Assembly (NCBI GenBank): GCA_963704755.1
Contig: OY969938.1
Coordinates: 1,080,001 to 1,112,000 of the forward strand
Source of the DNA: an uncultured Chloroflexia bacterium
Lineage (GTDB): Bacteria; Chloroflexota; Anaerolineae; Anaerolineales; Anaerolineaceae
DNA length: 32,000 nucleotides
Reading direction: 5' to 3'
In this document: piece after piece, positions 16,363 to 24,381 of the stretch
Position numbering within the stretch: the first letter of the stretch is position 1
Layout: each line of letters opens with the position of its first letter
Notes under the pieces: model-generated
What the model was told of the DNA's origin: nothing
Seen by the model: only the letters and a program-made list of their open reading frames with translations
Database searches by the model: none
Program-made: the position numbers and the translations under genes

Positions 16363-17160
16363 ATGCCGATTCGCAGGCTCAACCATATTTTCAAAGCGGA
16401 TGGACGCGCGCTAATCGTCGCCTTTGACCACGGCCTGACCGAAGGCCCGACCAAGGGCATGGAGAACGCCGGCGAGACCCTCGAAAAAATCGCAAACGGC
16501 GGCGCAGACGCCATTCTGACCAGTTACGGTGTGGCCAGCCGCTTCGCCCGGCAAATTTCCGGCCTGGGGTTGATCCTGCGCCTGGATGTCGGCGGCACCA
16601 AAATCGGCAAGATGGGCCCCGGCAAACCGTTTTTCAGCGTGGAAGATGCCTTGCGCCTGGGCGCCGACGCCGTCGCCGTTTCCGCTTTCCCGGGTACGCC
16701 CCAGGAATCCGAGACGATGCAGACCTTGGCCCACACCATTGGCGCAGCCCATCCCTGGGGCATGCCGGTCATGGCCGAGATGCAGCCGGGTGGCTTCGAT
16801 GCCGGCCCGGAATACAATACGGCCGAGAACATCGCCATTTCCGCCCGGGTTGCCGCCGAACTGGGCGCCGACTGGGTTAAAGTGCCGTTCGTTAAGGCCT
16901 TCGACCAGGTCGTACGGTCATGTTACGTCCCGGCGGTCATGTTGGGCGGGGTGAAAGTCAACGACGAAAGCCTCTTGCTCGAAATGGTCTGGGGCGCAGT
17001 AGCTTCAGGCGCGGCCGGGGTAGCCATCGGGCGCAATATTTTCCAGGCCGAAGACCCCCAGGCGATCGTCACCGCCATTAGCGCGATCCTGCACCAGGGC
17101 GCCAGTGTGGACCAGGCCGTCGAGATCTACCGCCAGCACCACGCCGGCCAGAAACACTGA
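16363..17160 (+). CDS. Class I aldolase of the DeoC/FbaB (DhnA, LsrF, ADH-synthase) family
   Basis: LIVAFDHG, a Schiff-base lysine context DWVKVPF, and [10 protein letters not shown] at the C-terminus. 265 aa. Confidence 0.85.
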   Translation: MPIRRLNHIFKADGRALIVAFDHGLTEGPTKGMENAGETLEKIANGGADAILTSYGVASRFARQISGLGLILRLDVGGTKIGKMGPGKPFFSVEDALRLGADAVAVSAFPGTPQESETMQTLAHTIGAAHPWGMPVMAEMQPGGFDAGPEYNTAENIAISARVAAELGADWVKVPFVKAFDQVVRSCYVPAVMLGGVKVNDESLLLEMVWGAVASGAAGVAIGRNIFQAEDPQAIVTAISAILHQGASVDQAVEIYRQHHAGQKH

Positions 17161-17181
17161 GAGCCTATCTAAAAAATATTT

Positions 17182-17230
17182 TTCAGGTATTTATTTTGGG
17201 AGGCAAAACCGCCCAAAATAAATACCTGAA
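17182..17230. repeat. AT-rich palindrome with a 19-bp perfect stem between the aldolase and kinase genes
   Basis: ttcaggtatttattttggg (17182-17200) is the exact reverse complement of 17212-17230. Confidence 0.85.
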
Positions 17231-17278
17231 GCGATTTACGGATAGAACCTGAACCACACCAATGCGGAGCCTGACTGA

Positions 17279-18787
17279 ATGAAAGACGCCATTCTCGGAA
17301 TTGATATCGGTACCTCGTCCACCAAAGCTATCCTTTTTGACCTGTCTGGGAATGAAATCACCACCGCGGGGCAGCCTTATCCCCTCTCGACCCCCCAACC
17401 CGGCTGGGTCGAACAGGATTCCGAGGCCGTCTGGCAGGCCCTCATCCGCGTTTTACAGGATATCGTGGCCCAGTCCGAGGGCTACCGGATTTCTGCCCTG
17501 GCCATCGCGGCCCAGGCCGGGTCGATCATCCCGGCCGACCTGGCGGGTGACCCGGTCTATCCGATGATTACCTGGCTGGATACGCGCACCCAGGACCAGG
17601 CCCAACGCTGGCAGGCGGATGGCACCGCTGCGACGATCCGCCGCCTGAGCGGCTGGCAGCCCTTCCCGGGCCTGCCGCTGCCCTCCATCCGTTGGCTTAA
17701 AGACAACAACCCCGAAGCCCATCGCGCCGCCAAACGCTTCCTCGGGCCGGCCGATTTTCTAATTCACCGCCTGACCGGCAAGTTCGCCACCGACCTGTCC
17801 GCCGCCTCCGAAATGCTGCTGGTGGACATCAAAACCGGCCTGTGGAGCGACGAACTGTGCGAGATCGGCGGGGTTGACCCGGCCCTGCAATCCGAAATCG
17901 GTTGGGCCGGGCGTAAATTAGGCGAAATCACCCCCGAAGCGGCCCGCCTGACCGGCCTGATGGCCGGCACGCCTGTGATTGCCGGCGGCAACGACCAGCC
18001 CTGCGCCGGATTAGGCATGGGCATGACCGCGCCGGGCAAAGTAATGCTTTCCACCGGCACCGCCTGGGTATTGATGAGCGTGATCGAAGCCGACACGGTC
18101 GAGGCCGTTCCGGAATGGGTTAACCTGTATTTCCACGCCGTTCCCGGCAAGCGCCTGGCCGGGCAGTTGGTGGGCGGGTTTGGCGCCACCATCGATTGGT
18201 GGCTGAGCCAGGCCCAGCCCGGTACCGACCCGGCCGCACCTCGTGATCCGGCTAAACTGTACGCCGTTTTGAACGAAGCGGTCGCCTCCAGCCCTGCCGG
18301 CAGCCGCGGCTTGCTATTTCTATCCCTGAACGGACCCTCGCAGGTGACGAACGCCGTCGCCGGGGGCGGTTTCGTCGGTATGGAGCTGGCCCACACCTGG
18401 GCCGACATGAGCCGCGCCATCCTGGAAGGCTGTGCTTTCGAACTGCGCTGGGCCGTCAATGAGCTGCGCGCGGCCGGCATCCCGGTCGAAGAATTGTGGC
18501 TGGCCGGTGGGGCCAACCGCAGCCCGGTCTGGCCGCAGATCTTGTCCGATGTGAGCGGGCTGCCCCTGCAGGTGGCCGGTTACGCCGATTGGGCCGCCCT
18601 GGGCGCGGCCGCCCTGGCCGGTTGGGGAATTGGCGCTTTTGCCACCCTGGAAGAAGGCGTCGCCTGCTTGCAGCCCCATTTACAACGCTTGCAGCCCAAC
18701 CGCGACCTGGCTCCGCTTTACGCCGAGCGCCTGGATGCCTACCAACGCATTTCATGGGCCGTCAACCGCGAGCGCCAGACGCGCTAA
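17279..18787 (+). CDS. FGGY-family carbohydrate kinase (xylulokinase/LsrK-like)
   Basis: ILGIDIGTSSTKA N-terminal ATPase motif, WVEQD, and the C-terminal GGANRSPVWPQILSDV signature. 502 aa. Confidence 0.9.
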   Translation: MKDAILGIDIGTSSTKAILFDLSGNEITTAGQPYPLSTPQPGWVEQDSEAVWQALIRVLQDIVAQSEGYRISALAIAAQAGSIIPADLAGDPVYPMITWLDTRTQDQAQRWQADGTAATIRRLSGWQPFPGLPLPSIRWLKDNNPEAHRAAKRFLGPADFLIHRLTGKFATDLSAASEMLLVDIKTGLWSDELCEIGGVDPALQSEIGWAGRKLGEITPEAARLTGLMAGTPVIAGGNDQPCAGLGMGMTAPGKVMLSTGTAWVLMSVIEADTVEAVPEWVNLYFHAVPGKRLAGQLVGGFGATIDWWLSQAQPGTDPAAPRDPAKLYAVLNEAVASSPAGSRGLLFLSLNGPSQVTNAVAGGGFVGMELAHTWADMSRAILEGCAFELRWAVNELRAAGIPVEELWLAGGANRSPVWPQILSDVSGLPLQVAGYADWAALGAAALAGWGIGAFATLEEGVACLQPHLQRLQPNRDLAPLYAERLDAYQRISWAVNRERQTR

Positions 18788-18839
18788 ACCCCCTTTCGTA
18801 ACCCGCTGGTGTACATGCAATTTTCGTGTTTATTGTCAG

Positions 18840-18868
18840 TTGACGTTAATCCCTCGGTTCGCTATAAT
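18840..18868 (+). promoter_or_regulatory. Near-consensus sigma-70-type promoter for the Mch-like 3 operon
   Basis: TTGACG (18840-18845), 17 nt, TATAAT (18863-18868), about 90 nt upstream of the ATG at 18960. Confidence 0.6.
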
Positions 18869-18959
18869 GACTGAAGAGCCGTTGTAGCGGAGCCCCATCA
18901 TTGGTTTCACAATTACGTTCCAGGCTTAAACCCCCAATCACATTCCATAAGGAGAAAAC

Positions 18960-19937
18960 ATGCAAGGCTATAGTCTCAATCATACTGCGGTTGGGATCAT
19001 CAAAGATGCGATTACCAGGGCTGACGAATTTCAGATCCGCTCATGGCGCGCCGAGTGTGGTAGTACCCTGGTCGATATGGGTTTGACCTGTCCGGGAAGT
19101 TGGAAAGCCGGCCAGGCTTTCGTCGAAGCAGGTTTTGGCGGGATGGGCAAGGCCACCTACGGCAAGTTCGATATCGGCCCCTTCACCGTACCCTCCATCG
19201 ACGTATGGGTGGATCACCCGGTTTTAGCCGTGGTGGCCTCTCAGGCTGGCTGCTGGGAGTTAGGTTCAGGCGAACTGGCCGAGATCGGTTCCGGCCCTGC
19301 CCGGGCCGTGGCCCTGGCCGATCGCTGGGCCGGGCACGGTTACCGCGACCCCGATCCGAGTGAAGTCGTCGTCCAACTCCAGACCCACCGGGTGCCTTCC
19401 GATGATCTCTGCCGGGCCGTGGCGGATGCCTGCCACCTGCCGCCGGAGAAAGTGTACGTCGTGTTTGCGCCCACTGCTTGCCTGGTAGGCGCTATCCAGG
19501 TGGCCTCCCGCACGGTAGAACAGGTCATGATCAAGCTGTTCATGCGCGGTTTCGACATTCACAGCGTGAAATATGGCTTTGGCACTGCCCCGGTCGCCCC
19601 GCTGGTCAACGACGAAGCCGAGGTTATGGGCCGCGCCAACGACGCCCTCTTCTACGGCGCCACCACCGTGTTGTACGCCGATGTACCCGATGAAACTATT
19701 AGTGCCATCATCAACAACTTCTGCTTCGACGTCAACTCGGGTGAATTCTGGGGCACGCCGTTCGCCTCCATCTTCGACCATTTCCATCACAACTGGTTCG
19801 AAGTGCCCGACCTGGTCAACTCACCCGCCAAGGTGATCATCAACAGCCTACAAACCGGGCATTCTTTCGTCGGTGGACAGATCAACCGGGAAGTTCTGGC
19901 ACGCTCCTACTTCGGTTACGATCTGACCGCCAAATAA
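18960..19937 (+). CDS. Mch-family cyclohydrolase-like protein, paralogue 3
   Basis: 325 aa. GSGPARA, EKVYVVFAPTACLVGAIQVASRTVEQ, ANDALFYGA and a C-terminal TGHSFVGGQINREVLARSYFG. AAGGAG RBS 5 nt upstream. Confidence 0.85.
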   Translation: MQGYSLNHTAVGIIKDAITRADEFQIRSWRAECGSTLVDMGLTCPGSWKAGQAFVEAGFGGMGKATYGKFDIGPFTVPSIDVWVDHPVLAVVASQAGCWELGSGELAEIGSGPARAVALADRWAGHGYRDPDPSEVVVQLQTHRVPSDDLCRAVADACHLPPEKVYVVFAPTACLVGAIQVASRTVEQVMIKLFMRGFDIHSVKYGFGTAPVAPLVNDEAEVMGRANDALFYGATTVLYADVPDETISAIINNFCFDVNSGEFWGTPFASIFDHFHHNWFEVPDLVNSPAKVIINSLQTGHSFVGGQINREVLARSYFGYDLTAK

Positions 19938-20022
19938 TTCCTTCTCAACTTCGAAAACAACCAAACCATCCTGTAAACCTGTAAAAACGATCGCCTGATC
20001 CTCTACTTGGAGATTGGACACG

Positions 20023-21336
20023 ATGCTTATCCTCCCATCCTGGTTAATCGCAAGCGCAAAAGAAAAGCCCCTGGCCTGCTGGGGTGTTCGGGTCGAGGGC
20101 AGCGAAATCACTACCGTGGCTGCCAACGCCGAACTTAAACAGCGCTTCCCTAACGAAGAAGTCTGGGAGGCGCCCGGGCAGGTATTAGCCCCCGGCTTCG
20201 TCGATGCCCACACTCACCTGTACGGAATCCTGGCACACGGTATCCCGTTATCCAAAGCGCCTTCCGGGTTCATGCCCTTCCTGGATGAATTCTGGTGGCC
20301 GCTGGTCGAAAACCGGCTGGATTGCAAAATGATCTGCGCCGCCACGGCCGCCAACTGTGCCGCCATGATCCGCTCCGGCATCACGTCGTTCTATGACTGT
20401 GAAGAAGCGCCCAACGCCCTGCCTGGGATTCTGAACGCCCAGGCCGAGGTGGTTCGTGCGGCCGGGCTGCGCGGGATCCTATCCTTCGAAGCCACCCAAC
20501 GGCTGGGCAAAGCGATTGGCCAGTCGGGCCTGGAAGAAAACGCCGCCTTCACCAAAGCCGCCCGCGAGCGGAACGACCTGGTCAGCGGGATGATGTGTTT
20601 TCACACCACCTTTACCTGTGACTCCGACTTTATCCGCCAGGCCTACGATCTGGCGGAACAATGCGATTCCCTGGTGCATGCGCACTGCTCCGAAGGCACC
20701 TACGAGCCGGATTACACGTCCGAAAAATTTGGCCAACGCCCTATCCAGTTCTACGACCGGCTGGGCGTACTGGGCGAGCGCAGCCTGCTCTCGCAATGTG
20801 TCCAGGTGGACCGCGAGGAAATCGAGCTGCTGGCCGCCCGCAAAGCCCGTGTGACCCACATGCCGCTTTCGAATTGCGAGGTCGGCGGCGGAATTGCCCC
20901 GGTGCCGCAAATGGTCGCGGCCGGCATCACCCTGGGGCTGGGCTCGGACGGGTACATCACCGACTTCTTCGAGGTAATGCGCGGCGCTTTCCTGATCCAT
21001 AAAGCCGACCAGCTTGACCCGCAGGTCATGCCCGCCGGGCTGGTCTGGTACCTGGCAACCGAGGGCGGCGCGGCCGCCCTCGGCCTGAACAAGGTTGGCC
21101 GCCTGGCCCCCGGCTGGCAAGCCGACCTGCAATTATTCAAGGCGAACCTGCCCACCCCGCTGGCCGAACACAACCTGTACGACCAGACTCTACTGTACTG
21201 TCACCAAACCGATGTAACCGCTACCATTGTGGCCGGAAAGACCCTGATGCGGGATGGTGTCATCGCGGGTAGCGACCAGGCTGCACTGCTGGCCAATACC
21301 CATGAAGCCGCCCTGCGCCTGTGGAACGCGGCTTAG
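20023..21336 (+). CDS. Amidohydrolase-superfamily aminohydrolase/deaminase (COG0402), SsnA-like
   Basis: GFVDAHTHLYG (HxH), HAHCSEG and GLGSDG. Several blocks resemble E. coli SsnA as I recall it (FWWPL.. vs LWWRLD; DFFEVMRGAFLIHK vs DMFEEMKFAFFKHR; GWQADLQLF...LPTPL vs GYKADLTICDYNSPTPL). ATG at 20023 after GGAGA. Confidence 0.8.
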   Translation: MLILPSWLIASAKEKPLACWGVRVEGSEITTVAANAELKQRFPNEEVWEAPGQVLAPGFVDAHTHLYGILAHGIPLSKAPSGFMPFLDEFWWPLVENRLDCKMICAATAANCAAMIRSGITSFYDCEEAPNALPGILNAQAEVVRAAGLRGILSFEATQRLGKAIGQSGLEENAAFTKAARERNDLVSGMMCFHTTFTCDSDFIRQAYDLAEQCDSLVHAHCSEGTYEPDYTSEKFGQRPIQFYDRLGVLGERSLLSQCVQVDREEIELLAARKARVTHMPLSNCEVGGGIAPVPQMVAAGITLGLGSDGYITDFFEVMRGAFLIHKADQLDPQVMPAGLVWYLATEGGAAALGLNKVGRLAPGWQADLQLFKANLPTPLAEHNLYDQTLLYCHQTDVTATIVAGKTLMRDGVIAGSDQAALLANTHEAALRLWNAA

Positions 21337-21373
21337 CAACCCAATCCGAACTCATTTATATGGCCTGAAACGT

Positions 21374-21880
21374 ATGGATATTGAATTTATTCTGAACGAA
21401 AAACCTGTAAAGATCGAAGCCCCGGCCGACCGCACGCTGTTGAATGTGCTGCGGGACGACCTGGGACTGACCGGCACCAAGTGTGGCTGTGACACCGGCG
21501 ACTGCGGGGCTTGCTCCGTTTTGCTGGACGACAAACTGGCCAAATCCTGCCTGCTCAAGATCGCCGACATCCAGGGCCGCAAAGTCACCACCATCGAAGG
21601 TATCCACGGCGAAGACGGCGGCATCAGCGACCTGCAGGAATTATTCTTGCAGAACGGCGCCGTCCAATGCGGCTACTGCATCCCGGCCATGGTTCTGGCC
21701 GGCGAAGCCCTGCTGCGCCATAACCCCACTCCCGACCGCGATGAAATTCGTAACGGGATCTCGCATGTGCTGTGCCGCTGCATCGGCTACCAGCAAATCA
21801 TCGACGCCGTCGAACAGACCGCCCACCAGCGCCAGAAAACCAGGAAGCAATCGCAATCCAGCCTGGAGAGTGCCTTATGA
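21374..21880 (+). CDS. Xanthine-dehydrogenase/aldehyde-oxidase family small subunit with two [2Fe-2S] clusters (CoxS-like)
   Basis: CGCDTGDCGACSV and QCGYCIPAM...CRCIGY cysteine motifs. ATG at 21374; the upstream part of the ORF-track ORF overlaps the previous gene. Confidence 0.9.
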   Translation: MDIEFILNEKPVKIEAPADRTLLNVLRDDLGLTGTKCGCDTGDCGACSVLLDDKLAKSCLLKIADIQGRKVTTIEGIHGEDGGISDLQELFLQNGAVQCGYCIPAMVLAGEALLRHNPTPDRDEIRNGISHVLCRCIGYQQIIDAVEQTAHQRQKTRKQSQSSLESAL

Positions 21881-24210
21881 GCGAATATCGATACATTGGC
21901 AAACGCTCTTACCCCGAAGACGGCCTGGCCAAAGTGACCGGGCAGGCCCGCTATGTAGGCGATTATTCCATTCCCGGCATGCTGTACGCCAAAGTATTGC
22001 GCAGCCCTGTACCCCACGCGACTATCCGTCACCTGGACGTCTCGCCTGCTCTCAAGGTCCCCGGCGTGCTGGCCGTCGTCACCGCCGAAGATTTTGTCAA
22101 CCACGGCAATTGGGGCTGGCCTATCAAGGATGCTTACGCAATCGCCTGGAAGAAAGTGCGCTACGTTGGTGACCCGATCGCGGCCGTCGCGGCCGAGACC
22201 GAGGAAGCCGCGCTGGCAGGTATCCGCGCCATCCGGGTCGAACTCGAAGAACTGCCCGTGGTCAGCGATATCCACCACGCCCTCGATCCGGACGCTCCTA
22301 TTATTCCGGATACCGAAGAACCGGGCAAAGGCAACATCACCAATACCCACCTGGTGCGCAACGGCAACCCCGACCCGATCCTGGCCAAAAGCGACATCGT
22401 ATTGGACGAAAGCTACTTCTTCAAGCACCAGGAGCACGCTTACATGGAAACCGAGGCAGCCCTGGCCATCCCCGAACCGGGCGGCGGGCTGACTTTTTAC
22501 GCCAACGACCAATCGCCCTTCATCAACCGGGATAACCTGGTCATGCTGCTGGGACTGCCCATGCCCAAAATACGGGTGATCCAGGCTCATGTGGGCGGAT
22601 CCTTCGGCGGTAAAGACGATATCGGCTACCAGAACTGCGCCCAGGCCGGCGCGCTGGCCTTGAAGACCATGCGGCCCGTCCGCCTGGTGCTGACCCGCAC
22701 CGAATCTTTCCTGGCTTCGTACAAGCGCGAGGCCATGGACGTCCACATCAAGCTCGGCGCGACCGCGGATGGCGAATTGCAAGCGGCCCGGGTAGAAATG
22801 CTGGCCGACAGCGGGGCCTATTCTTCCATGACCCCTCTGGCCTCCTGGCGCGCTTCAGTCCACGCTGCCGGACCTTACCGCTACCGGGCCGTCCACGTGG
22901 ATACGACCTCGGTCTATACCAACAACAACTATTCCGGCGCTTTCCGCGGCTTTGGTAACCCCCAGGCCATCGGCGCCATCGAACAGGCCATCGACGAGCT
23001 GGCCTACCGGCTACACCGCGACCCGATCGACCTGCGCTTGCAGAACTGCCTGAAGAGCTACGACATCACCATGACCGGCAACCGGATCAACCACACCGTT
23101 CACCTGACCGAATGCCTGAACCTGGTGCGCGAACACTCCGAATGGGACCGCAAACGGGCCAAATACGCTTCCGGCCAGGCCGGTGACGTGCGGCGCGGTA
23201 TTGGGGTGGCCTGTTACTTCCACGGCAGCAGCCTGGGTGGAGAGGGCGCAGACTACGCCACCACCACCATGAACATCGAATTGGATGGCTCGGTCACGAT
23301 TACTTCCGGCCTGACCGATTTCGGCCAGGGCAGCCGCACCGTATTCACCCTGATCGCGGCCGAAGAGTTGGGTGTGGATAAGAAACGCATCCACCTGCTG
23401 CGGCCCGATACCCAGACCGCCATCGAATCAGGCGCGACGGTGGCTTCACGCGCGTCCATCATGGGCGGCAACGCCACCCGCATCGCGGCCAATCGCTTGA
23501 ACCAGATCCTGCTCTGGGCCGCTGCGCGGGCCTTCCAATGCCAGCCCGACCAGGTCCACCGTCACGAAGAGTACTTCATCGGCCCAGGCGAAGAGCAGAT
23601 GACCTTCGACGAGGTAAGCCGTTCAGCCCGCGATATGGGCTTTTCGCTGTACACCCAGGGTAAATGGGAAATGCCACCCTTCAAATGGGATTTCGACAAC
23701 GGCACCGGCGTCCCTTACCATTGCTACACCTTCGGCGCCCAGGTAGCCGAGGTCGAAGTCAACCTGGCCACCGGCGTTACCAAAGTGCTCGGGGTTTGGG
23801 CGGCTCACGATGGCGGCCGGATCATCTTCCCCCAGGGAGCCATGGGCCAGATGTATGGCGGCGTGGCCATGGGGCTGGGATACGGCCTCACTGAAAATGT
23901 CAGCTTCCATAACGGCTATCCGCAGGCGCTGAACCTGCACAGCTATCACATCCCCACCGCCCACGACGTGCCCCCCATCGATGGCAATTTCATCCAGGTC
24001 GACAAACCGGATGGGCCTTTTGGCGCGCTCAACCTGGCCGAGCCCATGATGATTTCCACTGCGCCGGCTATTGCGAACGCTATTTTCCAGGCAACCGGCA
24101 AGCGCTGGCGCAAATTCCCGCTGACCCCCAAAGTGATCCTGACCGGCAGCGACGACCCCGACCGGGACACCTCGGAAGACTGCCGCAGAGGCCTGGGGCT
24201 GATCCCCTGA
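21877..24210 (+). CDS. Xanthine-dehydrogenase-family molybdopterin-binding large subunit (Mo hydroxylase)
   Basis: GKVTGQARYVGD N-terminus, GGSFGGK, FRGFGNPQ and a C-terminal NLAEPMM (active-site Glu context). 777 aa. ATGA overlap with the small subunit, and GGAGAG RBS. Confidence 0.9.
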   Translation: MSEYRYIGKRSYPEDGLAKVTGQARYVGDYSIPGMLYAKVLRSPVPHATIRHLDVSPALKVPGVLAVVTAEDFVNHGNWGWPIKDAYAIAWKKVRYVGDPIAAVAAETEEAALAGIRAIRVELEELPVVSDIHHALDPDAPIIPDTEEPGKGNITNTHLVRNGNPDPILAKSDIVLDESYFFKHQEHAYMETEAALAIPEPGGGLTFYANDQSPFINRDNLVMLLGLPMPKIRVIQAHVGGSFGGKDDIGYQNCAQAGALALKTMRPVRLVLTRTESFLASYKREAMDVHIKLGATADGELQAARVEMLADSGAYSSMTPLASWRASVHAAGPYRYRAVHVDTTSVYTNNNYSGAFRGFGNPQAIGAIEQAIDELAYRLHRDPIDLRLQNCLKSYDITMTGNRINHTVHLTECLNLVREHSEWDRKRAKYASGQAGDVRRGIGVACYFHGSSLGGEGADYATTTMNIELDGSVTITSGLTDFGQGSRTVFTLIAAEELGVDKKRIHLLRPDTQTAIESGATVASRASIMGGNATRIAANRLNQILLWAAARAFQCQPDQVHRHEEYFIGPGEEQMTFDEVSRSARDMGFSLYTQGKWEMPPFKWDFDNGTGVPYHCYTFGAQVAEVEVNLATGVTKVLGVWAAHDGGRIIFPQGAMGQMYGGVAMGLGYGLTENVSFHNGYPQALNLHSYHIPTAHDVPPIDGNFIQVDKPDGPFGALNLAEPMMISTAPAIANAIFQATGKRWRKFPLTPKVILTGSDDPDRDTSEDCRRGLGLIP

Positions 24211-24271
24211 CCCGCCGAAGAGTTATTTGTACCTATTTACCGGTTGTTTTGAACTGTTTACAGAAACAATG

Positions 24272-24359
24272 AAACCACAGATTTATACAGATCAACATAG
24301 ATAGCGGACAAGGTTAGAAGTCTTTAAAATCTGTGTCCATCCGTGTTCATCTGTGGTTT
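24272..24359. repeat. Solo copy of the core of the 169-bp repeat, framed by an 11-bp inverted repeat, directly upstream of the LLM gene
   Basis: 24323-24355 (tttaaaatctgtgtccatccgtgttcatctgtg) is identical over 33 nt to 2601-2633. aaaccacagat (24272-24282) and atctgtggttt (24349-24359) are exact reverse complements. Confidence 0.9.
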
Positions 24360-24381
24360 ATTTATCCCCTATGGAGGAAGT

